Made by a program: the position numbers and the translations under genes. The notes beneath the pieces were generated by a model that searched no databases, was not told the DNA's origin, and was given only the letters and a program-made list of their open reading frames with translations. From Patescibacteria group bacterium (GTDB lineage: Bacteria > Patescibacteriota > Minisyncoccia > Moranbacterales > DUUL01), in contig JAYEIQ010000016.1 in NCBI GenBank assembly GCA_034660175.1, positions 2,373 to 66,372 of the forward strand: a stretch of 64,000 bases of DNA, given 5' to 3'. Below, one piece after another: positions 38,969 to 49,679 of this stretch. Every line of letters begins with the position of its first letter. The stretch's first letter is position 1.

Positions 38969-39500
38969 CTATGAAGTCTCTACCTTGATCTCGATGAATT
39001 TGGCTTTTGTCTCTGTCTCACCAACAATAAGCTCTTTTTTGGCAATTGCCTTATTTTTGGTGACCATGGTCAATTTACGAGAAGCGATAACATCATCGAA
39101 AGCATTTGTTACTTTCTTGCTAGGTTGAGGATCAGTGGCTTTGGTATCGATGATGTCCAAACTATATTCCTCAAATTTCTCGTCAAATGTTTTTTTGATG
39201 GTTTCTCTGATTTTCTAAAGATTTTACCCATTGATATTCTGTCACCGGCATCTCGTGCTTTATTTTTGAGATAGGCACCGATTTGCTTCTTTATTTCCAG
39301 TCCATAGAAGGTGAGATTGATTGAGCCATCATAATCTTTTGCACAGTATTGCACTGTGACGGGAATGATGAGAATAGCATTGTCGGTTATCGTTAGCGTG
39401 ACATCGATTTTGAGTGTCAACACTTTCTCGTTTTGTTTGCTGGCCACTATGTCGATTGGTCAGGGTTCTTTGATGTTGAGGCCAGAATGGCAAACCTTTT
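38969..39500 (-). pseudogene. Decayed SPFH/band-7 (stomatin/HflK-like) gene
   Basis: GLNIKEP*PID, T.TDN....IPVTVQY, EEYSLDII..TDPQPSKKV.NAFDDVIAS; in-frame TGA and a frameshift near 39200. Confidence 0.7.
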
Positions 39501-39848
39501 CGTTGTTTGCCGAGTCTTTGTCATCTTTACTGACGTTGTTCTTATGATTATAAGTATCGCGCAAATCTCAAAGAAAACGATTGATTCAAGAAGAATGGAA
39601 ATAATCTAGCTGATGATACAGAGTGAATGGTTTCCGTGCATAATAAATCCTTTTTTCAATGTAAGAGAATCGGCTTTATCAAACAAAACGTTGTGATTGA
39701 TGAGAAATTTTCTCAACTGCAAAACATAGCAAGAAAAAAAGAATTGTCGAGGATATTTTTAACAATAAGTATTGCGTCTTGTGGCTATTGCACAAGGAAA
39801 ATAAAGCGTGTAAGCTGATTGTTAAGATAAAAAATTTGAAAAAAACAA

Positions 39849-40133
39849 ATGTTCAGACCAACGCTTACAATAAAAGTTGAATATCCAAAGATAGAACTGG
39901 AGCTTCAGGGTGAAAAGAGCGAGGTGATCGATGTTCAGGAATGGGAAGAAAATAATGATCTCTCTGGGACTCTTTTGGCTGGTATTGACAAACTTTTAAC
40001 GAGGAATAAAATAGAGGTAAGTCATCTTGCAAAAATTGATGTTAAAACTCAGCAAGTAAGATATACATCATCTAGAATATCAAAAGCCGTTGCACAAACG
40101 GTGAATTACTGTTTGGGTCTTGACAGGGAATAG
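39849..40133 (+). CDS. Short TsaB-like protein (N-terminal lobe only)
   Basis: LSGTLLAGIDKLL...L.KI.V.....YTSSRI..AVA aligns by eye to TsaB HS..LL..ID.LL...GPGSFTG.RI. Confidence 0.6.
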   Translation: MFRPTLTIKVEYPKIELELQGEKSEVIDVQEWEENNDLSGTLLAGIDKLLTRNKIEVSHLAKIDVKTQQVRYTSSRISKAVAQTVNYCLGLDRE

Positions 40134-40147
40134 AAAACGTGTATACT
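40120..40147 (+). promoter_or_regulatory. rpoBC promoter
   Basis: TTGACA-N16-TATACT. Confidence 0.7.
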
Positions 40148-40463
40148 GATAACTACCACAAGAAAAAGCACGCTTGACGAAAGAAAAACAGAAAAATATA
40201 AGTAAACTTGTCGCAAAAGCTTGTTTCTATTTTTCTATTTCAGTTTAGGGGTTTGGAGCGTTTTGCTTCAAAGAAGGGCGACTGTACAATTTAGTGAGTT
40301 TCGACAAAGAAAGACCACTACCGTGGTTATATAAGTTTTATTTTCTTCTCTTTCTCAATGTTCAAGAGAAGCACCAACTAAACAATTTAAAGTCATTTGT
40401 TAATCGGCGCGACTGATTGCTTTTTTGTGTCTCAAAGCAGTTAGGGGTGCACATTTTCACAAT

Positions 40464-43400
40464 ATGAAAAAAGCTACTACCGTAAAAAAGGATCTCGTTG
40501 TCAAGTCTCAATTTGGAACTCATTCAAGTCTTTCGAAAAGGAAATTTTTTCAAAGTCGATCGATGGTTTCTCTCCCAAACTTGATTGAGTCTCAAATCAA
40601 TTCATATAATTGGTTTTTAGAGGAAGGATTGCGAGAAATTTTGGATGAAATCTCACCAGTTGAAGATTTTACTGGAAAAGAGATGGAAATGACTTTTGGG
40701 GAACACTATCTTGACGAGCCAAAATATGACGAGTTGACTGCAAAAGAGAAGAACATCTCATATGATGCTCCTCTTCGTGTGCAGGCGAATCTTTTGATCA
40801 AGAAAACAGGCGAGATCAGAGAGCAGGAAATTTTCTTGGCAGATTTTCCTCTGATGACGGAAAGAGGAACTTTTATTATAAACGGTGTGGAACGTGTTGT
40901 TGTCTCCCAGCTTATTCGAAGCCCGGGAGTGTTTTTTACTATGGTTTATACAAAAGGAAAGAAGTTGTTTGGAGCGAAAGTAATTCCAAACCGTGGTGCT
41001 TGGCTTGAAATTGAAACAGATTTTGATGGTGCTGTTTGGGCAAAAATTGATAGAAAAAGAAAAGTCCCAATCTCGTCACTTTTGCGTGTTTTTGGTTTGA
41101 AAACTGATGAAGAAATCATCAAAGCTTTTGCAAAAGAAGATAACGGTGAGGTTTCGTTCATTAAACAAACTCTTGAGAAAGACACAGCAAAAAGCCAGGG
41201 TGAGGCATACAAAGAAATATATAAAAGACTTCGACCGGGAGATCTGGCTACGGAGGAAAATGCAAAGCAAATGATCAGTAGCATTTTCTTTAGCTATGAC
41301 AGATATGACTTCGGAAAAGTTGGTCGTTATCGATTGAATTTGCGATTGGGAATGAACAAGGATGAGAAAAAAGAGGAGAACAGAATTCTTGGCAAACAGG
41401 AAATGATCATGATTGTCAAAGAAATCATCAATCTGAACAATAATCCGCTTGCTCAGTCAGATGACATTGATCATCTTGGAAACAGAAGACTGCGAGGTAT
41501 TGGAGAATTGGTTCAAAATAAAGTTCGTGTCGGATTGGCGCGAATGGTGCGAAACGTGAAAGATAGAATGAGCACATGTGACGTTACTATTGTTACTCAT
41601 GGACAATTAGTCAATCCACGACCAGTTGCTGCCTCGATTAAGGAGTTCTTTTCATCTTCTCAGTTGTCGCAGTTCATGGATCAGGTCAACCCACTTGCAG
41701 AACTCGAGCACAAAAGAAGGTTGAGTGCAATGGGGCCAGGAGGATTGACCCGAGAACGAGCTGGATTTGAAGTTCGTGATGTGCACACATCTCACTATGG
41801 AAGAATTTGCCCTGTGCAAACACCTGAAGGACCAAACATTGGTTTGGTTGGTCACTTGGCATGCTATGCGAGAGTCAATGAATATGGATTCATTGAAACT
41901 CCATATCGAGAAGTGAGGAAAACAATTGCAAAAAATGACAAGCTTGCAGTGGGAAGAGTTTTGACAGAGACAGTTAAAAGCAAAACAGGAAAAGTACTAT
42001 TTAAAACAGGAGAGAACATTACCAATGAGAACGTGAAAGAGTTGAAAAAAGCAGCAGAAGATACGATCAAAGTTCTTCCGTTCGTTTCTGGAGTAATCCA
42101 CTATTTGAATGCAACAACTGAGGAAAAGAAAAATATTGCTCATGCAGGAATTGAAGTTGACGAAAATGAAAACGTCACTGAAGGGATTGTTGGAGCTCGT
42201 GTCAAAAGCGAAGCTTCCACTGTTTCAGCAAAAGATCTTGACTATGTTGATGTCTCCTCAAAGCAGTGTATTTCTGTTGCAACTAGCCTGATTCCATTCT
42301 TGGAGCATGATGATGCAAACCGAGCATTGATGGGTTCAAACATGCAACGTCAAGCTGTTTCTTGTATCATTCCTGATTCTCCACTTGTTGGAACAGGACT
42401 GGAAGACAAGGCTGCAGCAGATTCAGGACAGGTTGTTTTGTCGAAAGAGGAAGGTGAAATTGTTGAAGTTGACGCAGAGCATATTGTTGTTCGACAAAAA
42501 CCGGAGAAAAAAGGAAAGAAGGCGAATAGAACTACGTATCAATTGCAAAGCTTTGAAAAATCAAATGCCTTCACCTCCATGAACCAGGTGCCAAGAGTTG
42601 AAAAAGGACAACAAGTCAAAAAAGGAGATTTGCTGGCTGACGGTGCCTCAACGGATCATGGAGAATTGGCACTTGGACGAAATGTTTTGGTTGCTTTCAT
42701 GCCTTGGGAAGGATATAACTATGAAGATGCGATTATTATTTCTGAAAAACTTTTGCACAATGATGCATATAGTTCAATTCACATTGAAGACTTTTCTGTT
42801 GATGTTCGTGACACAAAACTTGGACCAGAGGTTGTCACAAGGGATATTCCAAATATAGGAGAAGATCGTCTGAAAAATCTTGATGAAACGGGAATTATCA
42901 GAATCGGAGCGGAAGTCAACTCTGGTGACATTTTGATTGGAAAAGTTACACTCAAGGGAGAAGGAGACTTGACTGCTGAAGAGCGATTACTCAGAGCGAT
43001 CTTTGGTGAAAAATCACGTGATGTTAAGGACACTTCACTTTATTTACCACATGGAAAGAGCGGAAAAGTTGTGGACATCAAAATCTTCTCACGTGAGCAG
43101 GGAGACAAGCTTCCAGCTGGTGTGATTCAGCAAATTCAAGTTTCAATTGCTCAGTTCAGAAGAATATCTGTTGGTGACAAACTTGCTGGACGACACGGAA
43201 ACAAAGGTGTGATCTCAAAGATCGCTCAAATGGAAGACATGCCATATTTGCCAGATGGAACTCCGGTTGAGATGATTTTAACTCCTCTTGGTGTGCCTTC
43301 AAGAATGAACATTGGACAGATATTCGAAACTCATCTTGGATGGGCAGCGCATCATCTTGGATATAAGGTGGCTTCTCCGTCATTGAGTGGTGTTCGAATT

Positions 43401-43937
43401 GATCAGATCAAAGATGAATTGAAGAAAGCTGGTTTGCCGGAGGATGGAAAAATGCAACTTTCAAATGGAAAAACTGGAGAGCAGTTTGATATGAAAACAA
43501 TGGTCGGATATATGTATGTCATGAAACTGAACCACCTTGTGGAAGATAAAATGCATATGCGCTCAATTGGACCATACTCACTGATAACTCAACAACCTTT
43601 GGGTGGAAAAGCTCAATTTGGTGGTCAGAGATTTGGAGAAATGGAAGTGTGGGCGCTTGAGGGTTATGGTGCAGCATACACATTGCAGGAAATGTTGACT
43701 ATCAAGTCGGATGATGTTTTGGGAAGATCTCGAGCTTATGAGTCTATTATCAAGGGTGACCCAATTAAGCCTCCAACAGTGCCAGCAGCTTTCCATGTGT
43801 TGGTCAATGAATTGAAGGCGCTTTCACTTGAAGTGAATTTGCTCAACAAAGAAGGAAAAGAATTTTCTCAGTCATTCGAAAATGAAGAAAGAAGAAGAGA
43901 AGATGAAAAACGAGAAAGAAGGGAAAGAGAAAACTAA
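40464..43937 (+). CDS. rpoB: RNA polymerase beta subunit
   Basis: SQLSQFMDQ, GDKLAGRHGNKG, GGQRFGEME. Confidence 0.99.
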   Translation: MKKATTVKKDLVVKSQFGTHSSLSKRKFFQSRSMVSLPNLIESQINSYNWFLEEGLREILDEISPVEDFTGKEMEMTFGEHYLDEPKYDELTAKEKNISYDAPLRVQANLLIKKTGEIREQEIFLADFPLMTERGTFIINGVERVVVSQLIRSPGVFFTMVYTKGKKLFGAKVIPNRGAWLEIETDFDGAVWAKIDRKRKVPISSLLRVFGLKTDEEIIKAFAKEDNGEVSFIKQTLEKDTAKSQGEAYKEIYKRLRPGDLATEENAKQMISSIFFSYDRYDFGKVGRYRLNLRLGMNKDEKKEENRILGKQEMIMIVKEIINLNNNPLAQSDDIDHLGNRRLRGIGELVQNKVRVGLARMVRNVKDRMSTCDVTIVTHGQLVNPRPVAASIKEFFSSSQLSQFMDQVNPLAELEHKRRLSAMGPGGLTRERAGFEVRDVHTSHYGRICPVQTPEGPNIGLVGHLACYARVNEYGFIETPYREVRKTIAKNDKLAVGRVLTETVKSKTGKVLFKTGENITNENVKELKKAAEDTIKVLPFVSGVIHYLNATTEEKKNIAHAGIEVDENENVTEGIVGARVKSEASTVSAKDLDYVDVSSKQCISVATSLIPFLEHDDANRALMGSNMQRQAVSCIIPDSPLVGTGLEDKAAADSGQVVLSKEEGEIVEVDAEHIVVRQKPEKKGKKANRTTYQLQSFEKSNAFTSMNQVPRVEKGQQVKKGDLLADGASTDHGELALGRNVLVAFMPWEGYNYEDAIIISEKLLHNDAYSSIHIEDFSVDVRDTKLGPEVVTRDIPNIGEDRLKNLDETGIIRIGAEVNSGDILIGKVTLKGEGDLTAEERLLRAIFGEKSRDVKDTSLYLPHGKSGKVVDIKIFSREQGDKLPAGVIQQIQVSIAQFRRISVGDKLAGRHGNKGVISKIAQMEDMPYLPDGTPVEMILTPLGVPSRMNIGQIFETHLGWAAHHLGYKVASPSLSGVRIDQIKDELKKAGLPEDGKMQLSNGKTGEQFDMKTMVGYMYVMKLNHLVEDKMHMRSIGPYSLITQQPLGGKAQFGGQRFGEMEVWALEGYGAAYTLQEMLTIKSDDVLGRSRAYESIIKGDPIKPPTVPAAFHVLVNELKALSLEVNLLNKEGKEFSQSFENEERRREDEKRERREREN

Positions 43938-43992
43938 ATTCTGAGAAAACTTGATCCTAACAAAACTAACACTTTAAATAGACACAAATCCA

Positions 43993-46900
43993 ATGACGGA
44001 AAACATAACAAAAATTTCAGATTTTGGAGCAGTTCAATTGAGGATTGCATCTCCTGAGACCATTCTTGAATGGTCAACTGGCGAAGTCACAAAGCCGGAG
44101 ACAATCAACTATAGAACGCAAAGATTTGAGAAAGACGGACTCTTTTGTGAGAAAACTTTTGGTCCATCAAAGGACTGGGAGTGTTATTGTGGAAAATACA
44201 AAAGAATTCGATATAAAGGGATTGTTTGTGATAAATGTGGAGTGGAAGTGACCAAGTCAATTGTGCGCCGTGAAAGAATGGGGCACATAGCACTTGCAGT
44301 TCCCGTGTCACATATTTGGTTTATGCGAGGTGTTCCGTCAAGAGTTGGGTTGGTTTTGGATTTGTCAGTTCAAGAACTTGAAAAGGTTATCTATTTTGCA
44401 AGTTATATTGTGACCTCAGTGAACGAAGAAGCGAGAATTGATGCTCTCAAAGAACTCGAAAAAGAATACAAGGCAACGATGAAAACTGCGAAAGGAGCAG
44501 ACGAAAAAGCAGAGGTAAAAGGAATCTATCAGAAAAACAAAGACAGTCTGAAGAGCTTGCAACACAAATTCACTCTGTCAGAAGTTGACTATCACAATAT
44601 TTCAAGAAAGTTTGGTCATGTTTTTGAGGCGTCTATTGGTGCTGAAGCAATTGATCATCTTTTGAGGGAAGTTGATTTGACGAAGGAAATCACAACATTG
44701 AAAAGGAAGCTGGCGGAAGGTCAAGGAATTGACAAGAAGAGATTTTCAAAAAGACTCAAGGTTTTGGCTGGTTTCAAGCAGGCAAAAATAAAACCTGAAT
44801 GGATGATGTTGAAAGTAATTCCAGTGATTCCTCCAGATCTTCGACCAATGGTGCAATTGAATGGTGGGAGGTTTGCAACTTCAGATCTAAATGATTTGTA
44901 TCGGAGAATTATTAACAGGAATAATCGACTCAAGAGATTGATTGAATTGAGTGCTCCTGAAGTGATTCAAAGAAATGAAAAAAGAATGCTTCAAGAAGCT
45001 GTTGACGCATTGATTGACAACAGTTCACGAAGAAGTCAGGCACAAGTTGCTGCTTCAACAGGACAAAGAAGAGCACTTAAATCTGTTGCTGACATGCTTA
45101 AAGGAAAACAGGGACGTTTTCGACAAAACTTGCTGGGAAAACGTGTCGACTATTCTGGACGAAGTGTTATTGTTATTGGACCAAAATTGCAACTTCATCA
45201 GTGTGGAATTCCAAAGAAAATGGCACTGGAACTATTCAAGCCTTTTATCATTCACAGGCTGATTGAAAAGGAATATGCACACAATGTTCGAACGGCTGGA
45301 CGTATGGTGGATGCAGAAAGGGAAGAAGCATACGAAATGTTGGATGAGATTATTGGTAATCACTACGTTTTGCTCAATCGTGCTCCAACTTTGCACAGAC
45401 TTTCGATACAGGCATTTCAGCCTGTTCTCATCGAAGGAAAAGCTATTCAGATTCATCCATTGGTGTGTAGCGCTTTCAATGCTGACTTTGATGGTGACCA
45501 GATGGCTGTTCATGTTCCGCTCACGCAGAAAGCACGAAAGGAAAGTGCAGAGATCATGCTTTCAAGTAAGAACCTTCTTAAGCCTGCTAGTGGTGACCCG
45601 ATTATAACTCCTTCGCAGGATATTGTTCTGGGTGTTTATTATTTGACAAAAATTATTGATGGTTTGAAGGGAGAAGGAATGATATTTGGAAGCACAGAGG
45701 AGATTATTCGTACATATCAAATGGATATCATCAAACTGAGATCAAAAGTTAACCTATACTTGGAGGGTGAAAAAATCGAAACCTCTGCAGGAAGATCACT
45801 GCTTAATGATATTCTTCCCGAAAGAATGAAATATGTTAATAGGGAAATGACGAAGGGTGATCTCAAAGAGCTTATTGCTGATTTTTTGCAGAACGAGGGA
45901 AGCGAAAATACTGCAAACTTTGTGAACCAACTCAAGGATCTTGGTTTCAGTTATGTGACTCAGTCTGGTATTAGTCTTGGAATGGATGATTTCCAGGAAC
46001 CTGAAGAAAAATATCAGTTGTTTGATGAGGCTGATGAAAGAGTTCAAGAACTTCATGACCAACACGAAGCAGGACTTTTAACTGAGGATGAAAGAAGAAC
46101 CAAAGTTGTCGAAGTTTGGAACGATACAAAAGGGAAAGTTGCTGAACATGTGAAAAATTCAATTGATCCAAATGGTTCAATACATGCTATGATCCATTCA
46201 AAAGCTCGTGGAAGTGAGGCAGTTGTTGTCCAGATGACTGGAATGAAAGGTTTGGTTGCAGGACCAACTGGTGAAACCATTGAACTTCCGATCAAGGGGT
46301 CTTTGAAGGGCGGATACAACGTTTTGGAATATTTCATATCAACTCACGGTGCTCGAAAAGGTATGGCAGACACCGCTCTTCGAACTGCGACTGCTGGATA
46401 CCTGACTCGTCGTCTTGTTGATGTTGGTCAGGATGTGGTCATTCGTGAAGACGATTGTGGAGACAAAGAAGGTGCCTATATCTATCGAGAGGACTCAGAG
46501 CAAATTGGACAAAGCTTTGCTTCTCGAGTTGAAGGACGTGTGACATTGGAAGTGGTTAAAAATCCAAAAACATCAAAGAAAATTGTTGGAGAAGGCAAAT
46601 TGGTTAATTCAAAACAGGCTCAAGAAATTGAAGATACTGGAGTTGAAAAAGTAAAGATTCGAAATTTGGTTACATGCAGAACTTCAAGAGGGGTCTGCAA
46701 AAAATGTTACGGAAAAGATCTTGGAAGAGACAAGCTGGTTAATCTTGGACAGGCCGTTGGAGTTGTTGCAGCTCAAGCGATTGGTGAGCCTGGAACACAG
46801 TTGACGATGCGTACTTTTCACATTGGTGGTGTTGCCGGAACAGACATTACTCAGGGTCTTCCAAGAGTTGAGGAGATCTTTGAAGCTCGGCCACCAAAAG

Positions 46901-47604
46901 CAGAGGCAATGATCTCTGAAGTTGATGGAAAAGTTACTGAAATTGTTGAGCAGAAAAAGCAGAAGATCGTCACAATCGAGAAGGATTCTACTGGCAACTC
47001 AAAGAAAATTGAGACGAAAGAGTACTCTATTCCTGCAGTTATGAACTTGAAGGTTGAAAAAGGTGATTTGGTCACAACCGGACAAGTTCTTTCTGAGGGA
47101 CATCTCGATCTCAAGAAGTTGTTTAAGATAGCCGGTCGTGACACAATTCACAGATATATCACTCAAGAAGTGCAGGAGATTTATCAGACACAAGGTGAGG
47201 GAATTGACGATAAGCACATCGAGATTATTATTCGACAGATGCTTTCAAGGGTGAAAATTTCTGATCCAGGAGACACAGATCTTTTGGTAGGTGATGTGGT
47301 TGAGTATGAGAAGTTCAATGAAGTGAACAACAAAGCAAAAGCAGATAAAAAAGTGGAAGCAACGGGGGAAAGATTGGTTCTTGGAATTTCGAAAGTTGCT
47401 CTTTCGACTGATAGCTTTTTATCAGCAGCGTCTTTCCAAGAAACTGCCAGAGTTTTAATTGATGCTTCTTCACAAGGGAAAGTTGATCACTTGAGAGGTT
47501 TGAAAGAGAATGTGATTATCGGTAAACTTATTCCAGCTGGAACGGGATATCAAGATGGTGCAGCTGCTGAGGAAATTGAAGAAGCAGCTGAAGTTGCAAA
47601 GTAG
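43993..47604 (+). CDS. rpoC: RNA polymerase beta' subunit
   Basis: NADFDGD, GEPGTQLTMRTFH, Zn finger. Confidence 0.99.
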   Translation: MTENITKISDFGAVQLRIASPETILEWSTGEVTKPETINYRTQRFEKDGLFCEKTFGPSKDWECYCGKYKRIRYKGIVCDKCGVEVTKSIVRRERMGHIALAVPVSHIWFMRGVPSRVGLVLDLSVQELEKVIYFASYIVTSVNEEARIDALKELEKEYKATMKTAKGADEKAEVKGIYQKNKDSLKSLQHKFTLSEVDYHNISRKFGHVFEASIGAEAIDHLLREVDLTKEITTLKRKLAEGQGIDKKRFSKRLKVLAGFKQAKIKPEWMMLKVIPVIPPDLRPMVQLNGGRFATSDLNDLYRRIINRNNRLKRLIELSAPEVIQRNEKRMLQEAVDALIDNSSRRSQAQVAASTGQRRALKSVADMLKGKQGRFRQNLLGKRVDYSGRSVIVIGPKLQLHQCGIPKKMALELFKPFIIHRLIEKEYAHNVRTAGRMVDAEREEAYEMLDEIIGNHYVLLNRAPTLHRLSIQAFQPVLIEGKAIQIHPLVCSAFNADFDGDQMAVHVPLTQKARKESAEIMLSSKNLLKPASGDPIITPSQDIVLGVYYLTKIIDGLKGEGMIFGSTEEIIRTYQMDIIKLRSKVNLYLEGEKIETSAGRSLLNDILPERMKYVNREMTKGDLKELIADFLQNEGSENTANFVNQLKDLGFSYVTQSGISLGMDDFQEPEEKYQLFDEADERVQELHDQHEAGLLTEDERRTKVVEVWNDTKGKVAEHVKNSIDPNGSIHAMIHSKARGSEAVVVQMTGMKGLVAGPTGETIELPIKGSLKGGYNVLEYFISTHGARKGMADTALRTATAGYLTRRLVDVGQDVVIREDDCGDKEGAYIYREDSEQIGQSFASRVEGRVTLEVVKNPKTSKKIVGEGKLVNSKQAQEIEDTGVEKVKIRNLVTCRTSRGVCKKCYGKDLGRDKLVNLGQAVGVVAAQAIGEPGTQLTMRTFHIGGVAGTDITQGLPRVEEIFEARPPKAEAMISEVDGKVTEIVEQKKQKIVTIEKDSTGNSKKIETKEYSIPAVMNLKVEKGDLVTTGQVLSEGHLDLKKLFKIAGRDTIHRYITQEVQEIYQTQGEGIDDKHIEIIIRQMLSRVKISDPGDTDLLVGDVVEYEKFNEVNNKAKADKKVEATGERLVLGISKVALSTDSFLSAASFQETARVLIDASSQGKVDHLRGLKENVIIGKLIPAGTGYQDGAAAEEIEEAAEVAK

Positions 47605-47632
47605 ATATTCAAAATTGCAAAGCGCTCTATAT

Positions 47633-47694
47633 AAAATATCCCGATTACTCGGGATATTTTTTTGATCAAACAAAAACCGGGAACATATCCCGGT
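47633..47694. terminator. Twin hairpin terminators between convergent rpoC and rpsT
   Basis: AAAATATCCCGA-TTAC-TCGGGATATTTT and ACCGGGA-ACATA-TCCCGGT. Confidence 0.75.
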
Positions 47695-47721
47695 AAACTG
47701 AAAATCAAAGGTGTTAGCAAA

Positions 47722-47979
47722 TTACTTTTTCAATTTCTTTGTTAGTCTTGATTTGCTGCGAGCAGCAGTGTTCTTTTTGATGACACCTTTTTTGACAGCC
47801 TTGTCGAGTGCTTTTTGTGCAACAATAAATTCTTTTTTTGCATCATCAATTTTATCTTCTTTGACAAGTTGCAAAACTTTTTTGATGGCATTTCGAAAAG
47901 CTCTTTTATCGGCGTTGTTTCTGCTGGTGTTTGTAGCAGTTTTACGCATATATTTTTTTGCAGATTTCGTATTCGGCAT
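47722..47979 (-). CDS. rpsT: 30S ribosomal protein S20
   Basis: MPNTKSAKK, LDKAVKKGVIKKNTAARSKSRL. Confidence 0.97.
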   Translation of the reverse strand: MPNTKSAKKYMRKTATNTSRNNADKRAFRNAIKKVLQLVKEDKIDDAKKEFIVAQKALDKAVKKGVIKKNTAARSKSRLTKKLKK

Positions 47980-48098
47980 CGGAAATTTAAATTAAATTTT
48001 AGGTTGTTAGTGAAAATAACACTATACGATAATTTAGCATGAACTGGTGATTTTGTAAAGGAAATGATAGACTATTAATCAGTAATCGGTAATTTGTA

Positions 48099-48680
48099 AT
48101 GAGCAGTAAAATGATTGGAAAACTGAAAGGAAAAGTTGAGCACATCAATGATGGGCATGCCATCATTGATGTTGGTGGTGTTGGTTATTTAGTTCAAATG
48201 ACAGACGTCAATTTGGGTAAAATATCATTGGAGAATGAGGCCGAGCTTTTTATTCATATGCACGTTCGAGAAGATCAACTTGCTCTTTTTGGTTTTCAAA
48301 CAAAAGAAGAGATGACTGTTTTTGAGTTGTTGCTTTCGATCAGCGGGATTGGTCCAAAAGCGGCATTGGGAATTTTAACGATTGCCTCTCCCGCGACAAT
48401 CAAAACAGCAATAATTGAAGGAGATGCCTCAATTCTCACCAAAATTTCTGGTGTGGGCAAGAAAACTGCGGAAAGGGTTATCTTAGAGCTGAAAAATAAA
48501 GTTGAAATGTTGCCTTTGGGGGAGCAAGAAGAGGCGCGAGGAGACCAAGAAGTTGTTGAGGCTCTGATGGCAATGGGGTATAGCGCTACTGAGGCTCGAG
48601 AGGCGAATCAGTCTGTTCCAAAAGACATTGAGGATATTTCTGAAAAAATGAAACTTGCACTTAAGGCAATGAAGAAATAA
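48099..48680 (+). CDS. ruvA: Holliday junction branch migration protein RuvA (start may be ATG 48111)
   Basis: MIGKLKG, VGGVGY, HVREDQL.LFGF, HhH motifs ISGIGPK and ISGVGKKTAER. Confidence 0.97.
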   Translation: MSSKMIGKLKGKVEHINDGHAIIDVGGVGYLVQMTDVNLGKISLENEAELFIHMHVREDQLALFGFQTKEEMTVFELLLSISGIGPKAALGILTIASPATIKTAIIEGDASILTKISGVGKKTAERVILELKNKVEMLPLGEQEEARGDQEVVEALMAMGYSATEAREANQSVPKDIEDISEKMKLALKAMKK

Positions 48681-48695
48681 GTTGATTTATGCTAC

Positions 48696-49679
48696 ATGAA
48701 TAAAAATATGCATATTGTTGATGGGGGATTCTTGCAGTCGAATTACTGGAAAAATTTTCAAGAATCTCTAGGCAGAAAGACACAAGTAATTGAAGAAGAG
48801 GGCTTTAGTGCCCTCATGATCTTTCATGAACTCCCGGTTGTTGGAGGGTATTATTTTGTGCCCAGAGGACCATCCTTGGTGAAGGTTTCGGAGAACAAGT
48901 CTTCCAAAGGGCTTGAAGAAATGATTGACATTGTCAAAGAAAATAATCTTGGTTGGGTTAGAGTTGAGCCGCAGACGCAGGGTGACTTGAATTGGATCGA
49001 AAATGAACTTGGTGGAAAATATAATATAGTCAAATCTAAGAAAAATCACGAACCAGCAGAAACACTCATGATTGACTTGATTAAAGATGAAGACGAGATT
49101 TTAGCGAATATGAAATCAAAGATCAGGTATAATATACGTTTGGCAACAAAGAAGGGGGTTGAAGTGTTTGATGCTCGTGATGGAAGGCATATTGAGAAAT
49201 TTGTTGAATTGACAAAGGAAACAGCTAAACGTGATGGAATAGTTTCTCACCCAAACCAATATTATGAAAAGATGGTTGAATCAATTCCTAATAATGTGCT
49301 GAGATTATATTTCGCAAAATTTGATGAGAAGATTATTTCTGCTGTGATGGTCAGTTATTATGGGAAAGTGGCAACATATTTGCATGGAGCTTCGTCGAAC
49401 GAGCATCGAAACATGATGGCACCGTTTGCACTTCAGTGGAGGGCGATGAAAGATGCCAAAAAAGAAGGATGCACAAAATATGATCTTGGAGGAACGAAAA
49501 TATTAAAGACTGGAGACGGCAGTTGGGGGGGGATCACGCGATTCAAGAGAGGTTTTTGTCCGAAAAATAAACCTGTTGAATTTCCTGGTTCTTGGGATGT
49601 CATTGTGGACACAAAAAAATACAAACTATATCTCTTCTTGCAAGGCGTGAGTGACTTGAAAAGGAAAATTGTAAAATAA
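48696..49679 (+). CDS. FemABX-family lipid II peptidyltransferase
   Basis: FLQS..W, YFVPRGP, RYNIRLA.KKGV, YLHGAS, YDLGG, RFKRGF. Confidence 0.9.
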   Translation: MNKNMHIVDGGFLQSNYWKNFQESLGRKTQVIEEEGFSALMIFHELPVVGGYYFVPRGPSLVKVSENKSSKGLEEMIDIVKENNLGWVRVEPQTQGDLNWIENELGGKYNIVKSKKNHEPAETLMIDLIKDEDEILANMKSKIRYNIRLATKKGVEVFDARDGRHIEKFVELTKETAKRDGIVSHPNQYYEKMVESIPNNVLRLYFAKFDEKIISAVMVSYYGKVATYLHGASSNEHRNMMAPFALQWRAMKDAKKEGCTKYDLGGTKILKTGDGSWGGITRFKRGFCPKNKPVEFPGSWDVIVDTKKYKLYLFLQGVSDLKRKIVK

